From positions 682,001-746,000 of the forward strand of contig MU006099.1 of NCBI GenBank assembly GCA_010093705.1: a stretch of DNA of 64,000 nucleotides, in the 5' to 3' direction. This document shows, piece by piece, positions 1 to 11,846 of the stretch (the stretch's first letter is position 1; every line of letters begins with the position of its first letter). The position numbers and the translations under genes were made by a program. The stretch comes from Patellaria atrata CBS 101060. Taxonomy: Eukaryota. Below the pieces are notes generated by a model. The model was not told where the DNA came from, made no database searches, and saw only the letters and a program-made list of their open reading frames with translations.

Positions 1-2
1 TC

Positions 3-776
3 AAAAGCGCTGCAGAAATCGCAAACATGCGAAAAGCTGGGCAAGCTTCTGGTCGTAGCATTAGCGAAGCTATGCGTAGCGTCTTCGCTACGGAGCGTGA
101 GCTAGCTGCGTTCTTGGCCTACAAATTTACAATGCACGGTTGCGATGGTCAGGCGTATGTTCCTGTGGTTGCAGGTGGCAAAAACTCGCTGAGCATCCAT
201 TATGTGCGGAACGATGATGTTTTGACCGAGGGGGAACTCGTTTTGGTGGACGCTGGAGGTGAGTACGGAGGGTACATCACAGATATCACGCGGACATGGC
301 CTGTGAACGGCAAGTTTAGCCCCGCGCAACACGATCTGTATCAAGTAATCTTAGACGTACAGAGGACATGCGTAGCACTTTGCCGTGAGAGTGCACACAT
401 GTCGCTCGATGGACTTCACAAGGTTGCAGAAAAGGGGCTCCGTGACGCTCTGTCCGGACTGGGTTTTGACATGTCTGGAAATGCTCTTGAGACTCTCTTC
501 CCTCACCATTTGGGTCACTACATCGGCCTCGACGTCCACGACGCTCCAGGCTACTCTCGCCGCGGCAACCTGAAAGATGGCATGTGTATCACCATCGAAC
601 CTGGTATCTACGTCCCCGACTCAGACCGCTGGCCTGAAGCCTTCCGTGGCATAGGCATCAGGATCGAGGATAGCGTATGTGTGCAGGCGGAGCATCCGTT
701 AGTATTGACGACGGAGGCAGTTAAGGAGGTTGTGGATATTGAAGCCCAGCATTCGTTGTTTGGACAGGGGCATTAA
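3..776 (+). CDS. ICP55: M24B Xaa-Pro aminopeptidase, Icp55/XPNPEP3-like (5'-partial; gene begins upstream of the window)
   Basis: Frame is open from position 3 (KSAAEIANMRKAG). It has the M24 metal-ligand motifs LVLVDAGGEYGGYITDITRTWP, HHLGHYIGLDVHD, TIEPGIY and GIGIRIEDSV. Assignment to the ICP55 subfamily is an inference from the overall sequence. Confidence 0.85.
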   Translation, partial: KSAAEIANMRKAGQASGRSISEAMRSVFATERELAAFLAYKFTMHGCDGQAYVPVVAGGKNSLSIHYVRNDDVLTEGELVLVDAGGEYGGYITDITRTWPVNGKFSPAQHDLYQVILDVQRTCVALCRESAHMSLDGLHKVAEKGLRDALSGLGFDMSGNALETLFPHHLGHYIGLDVHDAPGYSRRGNLKDGMCITIEPGIYVPDSDRWPEAFRGIGIRIEDSVCVQAEHPLVLTTEAVKEVVDIEAQHSLFGQGH

Positions 777-1399
777 GAGGACAACCCAGGAGAATGTAGA
801 AGTAAATTGGATCAACCGCATTTTTTCGAAAGTGAAAAGTCGTGTTGTGTTCCGAAGGGATAATTAGTGAACTGGAATCGACATGCGTAACATGGTTCAA
901 CGCAAAAGAGGAGCCGGATAGTAAGGGTCATTCGGAAGAGAATCTCTTTACTCCATTCCATGCTTATTTATGTAACTACGAAAGGAATAGGATGTGGAGC
1001 ACGATGTACAAAAACGATTGTATTATATGCATCGTTATATGCTATATCCATTAACAGTAAATGAACGGACCTGCAGGATTTTCTACTTTTGATTCTCAAT
1101 ATGCATCTGTTGCTCATTTCCTGTTTCTCCCTATCCTCGGCCCGTTACTACCTTTACTATTAGCCATCATTACTCACAGTTCTTTCTCTACGAGTAAGAC
1201 AGCACACAGGGATAACCATACAATAACACACGCCTTGGCTGTACTGCATCCATACTCACTCCACCCAAAACGGTACTCCACTTGAATCAGTTACCTAGAA
1301 AGTGAAGAGATTGGGTATGAGATATGACGTGGGCGCCATATAAACCGGGACTCTATATTCTCTCTCCCCGGTTTAGGAAGAGGATGATGTAGGTTCGAC

Positions 1400-3165
1400 T
1401 GTGCCGTCGCTATTCGTTCGTCATCCCTCCAATGCTCTAGTAGAGTGTATAGATTGACCAGAGTACGAAATGTGCTGATCGACGAGATGGTCTAATCGTA
1501 AATAATGAAATGTCTGTAATGGAAATGAGAATTGTACTAAAAGATCGGACAGTACGCGGGCAACGTACTGTGCAGATGGAACGGCTTGTACCAGAAGAGT
1601 GTACACTGTGCGTGAAGTTGGAGGTTTAAGGTGCAAAGGGTACAAAGGGTACAAAGTAGTAAGCCTGCATACGGTAGGAAATTCTACCTCACAAAAGAAG
1701 CAGACTATAGGGAAGGAGTAGAGTTGTACGAAACGGGAGAATTAGATTGAATTATGGTTGCTTTATAGGAGGGTTGATGGTACCGAAGGGCATAGTGGAC
1801 GAAAGGTTTAGACTAATCAATGGGCCGACCTATACCGCCGATAACGAATGTAGGCGCGGAAGGGCGTCATTAAGAGACGTCCTAACTGCGAAAATACGAG
1901 ACCCCTCGAAGAATTGAGAAGGAGTGACTCATGACACAGGGAAGGTGGGGAGCGGCTATCGCGGTATTCAGACCAATGAAGGTATTGTAAGCACCTTCCT
2001 CCTAGAGAAGGAGTGGCCCCGTATAGAATAAAAAGATTATATGGGAGCAGTGCATTACACTCTTCGAGTGGGCTTATAAGGGAGGAGTGCACGGTATAAC
2101 TTTTGATAGAGTGGATTCAATCGTGACTGTACGAAATGACTACACTATACGACATAAGCAGACTGTATAGTACAAATATACTTGGACTGTCGGAGATGAT
2201 CAGATGGTACAAATGAATAGACCGTGCAAAACCACGAAACTGGAATACGAATGGATACATCATACAAAATGTGAGCACTATGAACATGGGTCCACTGTGC
2301 CGGGTTGCTTGACTGTACTGTCCAAAATGGCTGGGCCGTACGAAATGTCTGGATCATGCCGTTCGTATGAAATGTCTTAATCGTGCAAATATCTAGATCA
2401 TCCGAAATGTCTAGAATATCAGAAATGTCTAGACTATAAGAACTATCTAGACTACAGTATATGAAAAAGGTAGAGTATAAGAAATATCTAGACTATAAGA
2501 AATGTCTAAACTACAGGAAATTTCTAAATTATACCATGGTAAAGTGAGGGAAGGGTACGCGAAGACCTGTTTGCTTACACAAGGCTGAACCGTGTAGGTA
2601 ACTGAGAAACCTGAGTACCTTTGAAACACGAGAGCTGGGTACTGAGTGAACAGCAAATGTAAAGCAATTAAGGACTGCTGATGGCGATAGGCGAAATGAA
2701 GCTGTTGTTCTTGTTCGAAGCGGCAATCTTGCTTCCCAGCGTTGTAGAACAAAGATACTCTTACTGGAACATTCTATCCACTTTTTGATGTTTTTATTTT
2801 CCTCAAGAGTCGTTAGATAGTCCTAAGGTCTACTCTCTTAATAGGATGTAATGGGTCACCATTAGGAGCAATCTCTTCCGAAAGATTAAGATTCAGTTCG
2901 CCTTGAACATGTGTCAATGGATTGGGTATAGGCAGGACGGAGCCGCTCGAAATATCGTCATTATTAACTTGAGAACTGTACGATACTTCCCGAAATCTGG
3001 TGTCGTATCTGCATATATCAGAACGAGAAGGTAGAAATGGAGACATCTTTCGTCTTCATCTCGTCATTTTCAGGTTTTTATCGTTCAATCTAGCCTCTCC
3101 CATCTGTAAATCATTACTTCTTAGGTTCTGCCTTCTCGAAACCGTTAACTGTCTTACTGGAGGCA
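1400..3165 (-). pseudogene. Degenerate, TA/TAG-rich relic ORF or repeat element; probably RIP/deamination-mutated; family not identifiable
   Basis: A minus-strand reading MPPVRQLTVSRRQNLRSNDLQMGRLD*TIKT*K*RDEDER has TGA stops in a basic context, as CGA>TGA would give. GTACGAAATG-like motifs recur and an 18-bp repeat array is present. No long intact ORF. Boundaries are approximate. Confidence 0.4.
2338..2532. repeat. Degenerate 18-bp tandem repeat, about 9 copies, consensus near AGAAATGTCTAGACTATA
   Basis: Units read directly: cgaaatgtctggatcatg, tgaaatgtcttaatcgtg, cgaaatgtctagaatatc, agaaatgtctagactata, agaactatctagactaca, agaaatatctagactata, agaaatgtctaaactaca, ggaaatttctaaattata. Confidence 0.9.
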
Positions 3166-6100
3166 TTCTTTACGGCCTCCCGTGACAATTGCGTGTACAG
3201 TCGTAGCCGGACGAAAAGTGTGGTTGAATGCTGTTTTCAAAAGTCATCATTTCTCTCCACATTCTGCAAAGAAGATTCGTGGCTGAAAATTGGCATTGGG
3301 TTACTGAATGAGGTAGGGCACGAGATCACGGGAAGTCGCCGAAATGGTTACGTGCCGTGTCTGGTGTGGGATAATGTGCCGTGTCTATATTGCCTTTAGT
3401 ATACCTAGTATCTGATTAGTGGTAATAACACTATTGCTTTAGGAAGTTGAGATATTCACCAGAATCTGAGTTACTTTTCAGGAACCTGTCGATTTGCAAT
3501 GTCAATTTGCAGTTGAAACCTGTTGGAGTTGAGTTTACTCAGAAAGCTCTGTGCATCCGAAACGCCGCGATTCGATAGGAGAAGAAGCAACGCAGATCTC
3601 GAATTGCATACTCAGCTTATTCGATTCTCAACACTGGCGGACAATTGTGTAACGCAGAAACGAGGTGTTGTAATTGTTTGTTGCATGCAACGGACGCGTG
3701 CATGCGGCACGCATTAGGCGTGATCCTTGGGGATTCTCTCCGGACAGCTGCGGTTGGTCTGAGCACATGTGCTGAAGAACGCAGTCACTAATCCCAACCC
3801 AGTAGCTGCTTGGTGTTCAAATCCTCATGGAATTCCGATGGAATGCGATGCGTGGGGTATTTGCAATGACCTGTACGATCTTTTCGCCTCGCGTGAGAAA
3901 AGGAAGGCATCGATAGCTTCCGCAGCAGGAACAGACCCGAAACAGAGGAAAGGTATGGAACAAATGACGCACAATTCATCGAAAAGATATCCCAATAAAG
4001 AATCTCCGATTTGAAAACGAGGCCGCACACCCCCTCAATTGAACCGATAGCTGTGGTAATGTATGGTCAGGTAGACCGCCTGTTGGTGAATTCTTCTCAT
4101 CGTCGCTGCTCTTGACCCCTAAGTGGAAATACTTGTCCTTGTATGTTCGAACTGTAGAACTAAAAATCACCCATTACCATGTTGGTGCAAGGTATACGAT
4201 CAGCTCGCTTGCAACCCCCGCCGCCAATAGAGGTAAATTGACCCAACCGAACGGTAACCAAAAGAAGATTCACGGGTGGTGTAACAAGTGCGAAATATGT
4301 TGAAATCTCGATCTACTAATCCGAAGTGTCGGGATGCGCGTAGCCCTTAGTGAATCCTCTCCCAGGTAAACAACATACAATACAGTATCTTCCCTGGTGA
4401 CCGTAGTACAGGCTAAATAACGCCTCAGATTCCAAGACTACGGACTGGGTGAACCGTCGGTGTCGGCGTCTGTGTCGACGCCTATTATCGGAATCAAATA
4501 GGCAAGAACGGAGTCTGCGGGTCGAGAATACGGAAGAGAGTAGATTGTGGCTGCTCAGCTTGCCGTCTGTTTACTTGTATTATCGGTCTTTTGATATGAG
4601 GATGTTGTAATTGACCAGTTTAAAAAAAGGAGAGTGATAGTACGGCGGCAGGGCTGAAGATATTACCTGGTTCGTGCCATCTTGAGATATCATTTACCTC
4701 TTGGTTTATTAACGCAACGAGCGGGATGATGCTTCGTGAGAACTTTCTCGTTAATCCAAGGTCATGATACGCTGAAGGTGTGAAACGGAACAGGGAATAT
4801 TTGATTTATAGTGAGTGTCTGGAAATAAAGAAGAGATGAACGATAACCTGTTGCCTGCAATGTTCAGCTTCACTTTCATAGCTGCTGTGCCTGTAAGGCT
4901 GGAATATGCAGTAATCATTCGTTTATTCCGTCAAATGTGAGTTTGCGTTACCGGTTCTGCATCAGCTCTCATGCTCAAGCGAAAATGAGATATGTGGTGA
5001 CTGCGAGCGTGGGGAGTTCTGCGTGTGAGAAGATTATTGAAACAATCTACATACCATACCTTACTCCGCAAATGAAGCAGCCCTGTTACCTGTAAGCGCT
5101 CACGTGCGGGAAGTCGTTGTTCTTGTCCCTTTTTCCCTTGTTGTGGTTGGATCCACCAAATTTGTTCTAGAAGATGCCCATGTAATACCGAACTGCCGGT
5201 CATTTTACAGGCCCAATTTTCATCGAGGGCTGACGGGAGTGGAGCAGCCTCGTAAGGAAATTTGATGACGAGCTGACGGACCGAGAGCAATAAGAACAAA
5301 TCCACCATAAAGCTGTGTACGATTTTGTAAGGGCCATATGAAAGGCAGTCTCAGGTTGAGACTTTTGATTTCTGTCATATACTAGCGTATTTAATAGCTC
5401 GATACCGAGATCTGGTAAGGATCTCTTTGAAACTCGCTGTCAAGGAGGTTGGAGACGGCCCGAGACAGAAGCTTGACGATTTACAGCGGGTTGTCGGGAG
5501 GTATTGATCAAAAGCTCCAGGCGTTGCGCGTTGGGAGCCCATGAACCCGGTTCGTTATAGAGCACATAATAGTTAACAAATTGCTATTACTTTATCGCCT
5601 ACCTTCGGGCGTTGTGGTGGCGATAGCCTTTATTGGGGCAACGTAGACGTTTCGACCACACAGTATCCACATATACTGTACCTTCACTGTACGGACTTAC
5701 ATATCCTGTGCTGGGCTGGCTAACAATGACCGGAAATTGAACTCGCAAGTCGACCTCATGTGTGGGCAGTCTGTCCACGTCAACGGAAAAGAGAACTGTG
5801 GGTCTTATACTTGAGTTTGCTCTCTGTAGTCTGGAGACGCAGAGAAGGGATTTCTCGTACAGTAGACTGTGCGGCTCCTTGTGGGGAATTCGCAGCCGCT
5901 ACGGGTCTGCATTTTGTTGGCTTCATGGCTTGCCAAAGTCCCGGACTCTTTTCAGTCGTGGCTTGGTTTGCGCTCGTGACGACAAGACTTGAGGCGTCAG
6001 AGTTTTGGGAAACGGGAGCGCCACGTTCATGAGTTGTTGTTTCATGATTGCCGGGTAAGCTACCTAGGGTTTCGCGTTCAGGGTATTCACTACTATTATT

Positions 6101-7341
6101 CAGGCTCTTCTTAGGTATAGGCTCGTAACCTTTTTCAGAAGTTGCCGACTTTGAGTGATGGTCAAGAACTGGAGAGGATACATCTGTTGCTTGAAGTGTA
6201 CTGCAGAAATTAGAATGAAGTCGCTCCCATTGACTGCTCATATCTGGCTCGCGTGCACGATTCACACAACAATCTATCTTACGTACAGAGCACTTCTATT
6301 GTACTGGTTAGTAGCTTTCGTATGATGAGAAAGGGAAGTAGGAATCATAGCCAGTTGAAACCTTGCAACCGATCGGTGGACGTTAAAAAAAAATAAAAAA
6401 AAATAAAAAATGGAAGGATTCTTGTCAGTATCGCATTCTCCGTACCTGCGCATGTATGAGGAGTGGAAACCATACCTTACTGTACTCCGTACATCAAGAC
6501 TTCATCAGCAGCGTACAGTACAGGTAAGTAATATGAGGTGAGACTAACACGTGGTGCGGATAGGCTCTAGCGTCGAGAAGTAGATACAGACTAAGCAAGC
6601 ACTAAAGCACAAATAGTAAGGTAAGGTAAGGAAGCGGAGAAACTGACCGTAACCTCCACTAAGTCCACTTAGGATGTAAAGAATAGGGGACTCAAAACTC
6701 AAAGATTGATACAGCTTACAGTAAGTTTCATCCTCGTGTTTACTAGACCTTAAAGTTCGCTTGTTGTCATCATTCATCAACAACAACAACAACGATACGA
6801 GAGTAAAGGGCTTCTGTAGGATGCGAATGCCGGTTTGATGATAGGAATAAACTTAGGACAGCGGCGTATCCAGGATTTGCAGGGCGCTGATGACAAGGTA
6901 AAACGAGCAAAAGGGACCGAGCTTGTCTTGGGTGCAGTGTATGACTCTGGCGTGTCTTGCTCGTCTGGCTTTCTCAAAAAGAAAGTATCCCTTTGCATCG
7001 GTGCATATTATTCGTTCAGCACGTCGGGATCGTTGGCTGAGAGATGATAAAAGTAATCTTATTGGTTATCAACTCTTTGACCCGCTGCGCATCTGACGCA
7101 TGGATTCCTCGTGCTTTTGCCTCGTGGATCCCCTGCAAAAGGTCGCCTTGTTAAGCCGTGCCAGCTTTAAGAGTTTACCCCAAAATAATCGCTTTGAGTG
7201 TTTTGAGGATCTGAGGATTTTTGGGAAGTCTTGAGGTTGCCTATCGGGCCTTGCCTTTTCATATTAGTAGTAGTTAGCACCCAAAGTTCACCCAAGCTGC
7301 TGCTCCACCAGATTATTGTTCCTTAGTCTATTACAAAGAAA

Positions 7342-7405
7342 CAGTCCAGGACTCCAGGACTCCAGGACTCTAGGACCAGCAGTCCAGCAGTCCAGCAGTC
7401 CAGCA
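7342..7405. repeat. 8-bp tandem repeat (ACTCCAGG)n grading into (AGTCCAGC)n upstream of the kinase
   Basis: agtccagg actccagg actccagg actctagg accagc agtccagc agtccagc agtccagc is visible directly. Confidence 0.9.
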
Positions 7406-7979
7406 CACCGTCTCGTCGACAGGGGGAGACTTTTGGAACTTTTGGCTTGCACTCCTTTCGCGCTCTTATTACTACATTTCGTACTAGTTCCAGCCCTAAC
7501 CTACTTTTTACTAAACTGAGTTTAAAGTCCCTTGAGCCTTGAGAGGAGAAGAAAGCCGATGCGATTTCTAGCTGCCTGAAAGTTCCTGAACTTCTCTCAT
7601 CTATCTCGACAACTAACTTTCTTGAACTCCTCTCTCTCTCTTCTCAATTATCTGCTTGCATCGCTGTCCCATATACGATATCCGGAATTGTTTACATACA
7701 TCTATCTTTAATCTAATCTTCGGCATCCCTTGGGCCTTGGGTCGAACAACCGGTGACACTGCCTACACACTTCCCCCCCCCCGGAGTTTTACCCAATAAT
7801 CAGGCCCGCTTCACCTTCACGTTCCACCAATTCCATCTTTTACCTGCGAGGGTCAAGAGGCAAAAAGTTTATAGAAACTCTCGAACTGTCGTCTCCTCAC
7901 CAAAAGCGATTCGATGGTTTGCCGTTCGATAACCCATTTGGCTTGAGGAACAAACTATTTCTTGTTCGTGCTCCCTATA

Positions 7980-9964
7980 ATGGGTAATTCCAATGGGAAG
8001 CCAGTGGTCTTTACCGACGAAGGTTTGTCCCATACCCCCTCCCTATCCAAAACAATCCCATCGTATCTGTACACAGGCGGCTTCAGAAATGGCTCCCGAG
8101 CACCTTTGGAGTTGGCCTCGACAACAAAACTCGCATACAGCTTCCTTCCGGGCAAAAGATGGAACAATTCAACTGACCAAGTTACGGAGTAGTAAATCTG
8201 AACCACTTTCGCCTGCTACGAGTTGTCGGCAAGGGCGCCTTTGGGAAGGTGCGAATCGTAGAGCGGAAAGATACTGGCCTCACATTCGCTCTGAAGTACA
8301 TACGGAAAGATGAAGGTTAGTCTACTCCGTTAGGCCTTCAACACACATATCTCTGCCGTCCTGCAATACTGATGCGGTGTAACAGTTGTACGCTCAGAAA
8401 GTGTGCGTAATATTATACGAGAAAGACGGATGCTGGAACACCTGAACCATCCGTTTCTTTGCAATTTACGGTACAGCTTCCAGGACATCGAATACCTCTA
8501 CATCGTTGTCGACCTCATGAATGGCGGCGATCTCCGTTTCCACATATCTAGAAAAACTTTCACGGAAGACGCAGTGCGCTTTTGGATAGCGGAACTGGGT
8601 TGCGCTTTACGCTACATACATAAACAAGGCATCGTGCATCGAGATGTCAAGCCGGACAACGTCTTGCTCGATTCTGATGGTCATGTGCACTTGGCGGACT
8701 TTGTAAGCGCCCCTCTCTTTGGTTCATGGAGACTAATGGTGCTGACTGCATACAGAACGTGGCGTCTGATATATCTGCCCACAAACAGTTGACCAGCAAA
8801 TCAGGTACACTTGCCTATCTTGCTCCAGAGGTGTACGAGGGGAAGGGATATGGTGTGGAAGTCGATTGGTGGTCGCTTGGAGTACTCTTCTACGAATGCA
8901 TTTACAACAAGGTATGTCGGACCTTAATATGCATTTCAAGTCTATACTGATTCTTGCAGCGACCGTTTGAAGCGAATTCGCATGAGGCATTAGCACAAAA
9001 GATCTTGGCAGGCGATCCGATATTCCCAGTCACTTCTCCACCTGTGACTATGCCTTGCTTACATGCAATCAGTTCGTTATTGGAGAAAGACAGAAGGAAG
9101 AGAATAGGAGCCTCTGGATTCCACACTTTTGTGGACAATCCTTTCTTCAGACCAATCAACTTCGAGGCCCTGGAACGTAAAGAGATCGAGCCAATCTTTG
9201 TGCCGTCAAGCGATAAGACCAACTTCGACGCGACGTATGATTTGGAAGAGCTATTGTTGGAAGAAGCTCCTTTGGAAGCCCGTGCACGGCGTCAAAAACC
9301 AAGAGAGCAACTTAAGGACGATGCGACAGACCAGGAAATCCGTGCGGACGAACTGCATAAGATGATCGAGACACTCTTCGAACCCTTCAATTACGAAACT
9401 GTTCAATTCCCGTCACCGATTGCTGCAGACGAGACACCAACAGCTACAACAAGCACGTCCCCAACTTCTGAATGGCCTGAATCGAACAGATCGGACGAGC
9501 CAGAAAACCTACGGGTGGTCTCCGGAGGACAATCCAGGAGCACAACACACTCACCAAACGGCAGTCCTCCCCTTCCTACATCATCTTTGGCTATGTCTGC
9601 GGCTGGACCTGATGGTGCGTCAGTTCAGCGCAATGGTGAGGATTACTTCGATGCTAGTGCGACATCCGCATCGCCACCGTCATTTTCCCGGCCCATTCAT
9701 CGCCAAAGGGGAAGTACGCGTAGTACTAGCATGGGTGGTGGTGTGCAAGTTGTGCTGAACGAGACCGGAGCTTGGACCGACATGGCAAACCCTACTAAGA
9801 TTGTTGATGATGAGAAGAATCTCGCAGCAGCAGCAGCAGCAGGCAAGCCCAACGGCATGTTAGGCTTTTTAAGTAGGAAGAAAGGAAGAGATAGGAGTCC
9901 AAAGGCGAAAGAAAGAGGTGTGTTAGGGAAAGAAGGAGCAAGAGTCGTCATCAGCAGCTCGTGA
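7980..9964 (+). CDS. AGC-group Ser/Thr kinase, YANK/STK32-like; exons 7980-8022, 8193-8315, 8386-8702, 8756-8911, 8960-9964
   Basis: Spliced reading: [34 protein letters not shown]...FALKY...[11 protein letters not shown]...HLADFNVA...[10 protein letters not shown]...DWWSLG. The DFN variant of the DFG motif and the [15 protein letters not shown] tail are typical of YANK kinases. The N-terminal MG is a possible myristoylation site. All four introns are GT..AG. Confidence 0.92.
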
Positions 9965-11846
9965 GTGCAGTTTTCACTTCTCGAAAACTACAGAATCAAT
10001 AAAAGATTCAATATTCGTTTGGTGAAAGGAAAGAAAATCAAGAACGGGCGAGAAGATGAGCGGCCCCATCTCAAGTGCGCCAGTGTCCAGACAGGAAACC
10101 GATGTCGCAGCTATCTGTGAAATCGTTTGTGATTCCGCCGTCCGCCGCGTCTCTACGTTCATTTCGTTACTTGTTTGATATCTTTCTCTCACCGACAGAT
10201 TGCATACTTTCATTTTTAGCATCCTCTTCTTGATTTCCTTAATCTCTTCGATATCTGGAACCGGCATCTGACAATACATTCAAGGGAAAGAACTCGAAGG
10301 GATAAGCCGAAGTCTGCGCGCTCTAGCTCAAAATCAACATCTGGACGGCAAAAGTCGAACAAAAGCAAATCGTACAAGACCGAACCCGGGACCAAACCAG
10401 CGTCATGACTATCGCCCATGGGAGTTTTCAGATTGTCTCGCCGACGGAAACTCAGGACTACATGAGATAAGGCCGTTGCAGATGAACTTAGAAACTCTCA
10501 GCACCAGAAACGGTCGACCCCTTGTGACTGGCCTATCCAGCAGCACTTTATCATTTTTCATGTACATTCGTTGCATTCGCGTTTCTTCATTTTGTTTCGC
10601 TTTCTTTCCCGAATATCACACTCGGAAAGGTTTGGAATCTGGTTTTTATCGTTCTCGGGGATGTTACATTGCCATTGCATTGGAAAGTTGTAATTTAAAG
10701 CATGATGATTTTCTGTATGAGTGCCAATTTTGGCGCTTTAGCGGGAGTTATGGAGTTCCACCCGAGCACCTTTTATCCACGAGGAAGGCCTGGAGGCATA
10801 CTTGGTTTGGCTTTTTTCAGTCAGTTTTGGATAAGCGTGTCGGGGGTTGAGAGGAAGAATGAGATGAAGCCAGGATTTTTGACGAACAGAAAGAATGCAA
10901 CTGCAAATTGGGCGGCACATCTTCCATCTACTTTTTGAGGCATTTCGGGTCGCCGGGTTAAGGAATTATCAGGGGGAGACTTTTGTACATAATACTCCCT
11001 TGCGGCTTCAGTGCTGTGAAGGGAAAGAGATTGGGAATAGAGAATGCGAACAACTCGACTTTAGATATCAGGTGGTCGTTCCCCGTTCTGTTTCATCCTT
11101 TCCATAGGTATCTTTCCTACCCCCTACACTCCTGCTTTCCTAATCCTACCTCGATCCTCTCTCCCAGCGCTCCTTCCCTCTCCTAAGGAACGATTAACAA
11201 CAACACCTCATCGGATATGCCGTACAAAAACGTCTGGAAACCACCTAACACTACGGTAACCTGCCCGTGAACACGTGGTCAATCTGGAGAGCGGCTCTTT
11301 GATTTCATACACGTTTGTATGGTTTCATAATAGCATGTGATCACTGCGAAAAGCGACGCAAGGTAGTACTTTGTTTTTTTGGGATTCAATATTTGTTTGT
11401 GTACTATCTTTCTCCGGAGATGGAGGCGCCAAATTATCGGGTACGAAGGCGAACAAACGATTGTAATGAGTTATTGTTCATTCTACCTACCTGCACGATC
11501 ATCATTGCTGAGCAGCGGAAATCTAATAATCAGACGATGTTATGCGTGTCTTGAAAACGCCTTCCCTGCTCGCCGTTATGAAGTAAGAAAAAGAGAGGAG
11601 ATCAAACCCCCTATCCAAGCGTCCCGTCCAGTCCCACGAAACTCGATCTCAAAAATCAATCCCACCACTCCATTGCCCGAATCATCAATCAATCAATCAT
11701 GAATATCTCCTGGTCTGAAACTCCACGTGTATGTCAAATTCAACGGGAGCCCTGAACTCCGAAACCGGGATGAGGATATGATGCCAATCTAAAGCGCGCA
11801 CTTGGGGAAGGTAATGCCATGCGTTGAAAACATGTTGAGGTATAGG

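Noticed and set aside
2338..2532. Repeat array as a CRISPR-like locus
   Set aside because: Eukaryotic context, degenerate head-to-tail 18-bp units without unique spacers, and no cas genes.
1284..3420. Possible terminal inverted repeats around the relic (AATCAGTTACCTAG versus the reverse complement of CTAGTATCTGATT)
   Set aside because: Match is too short and gapped and has no clear target-site duplication, so it was not called a mobile element.
5780..6265. 161-aa minus-strand ORF
   Set aside because: Non-ATG start, no recognisable motif and no splice-supported extension; probably a chance ORF.
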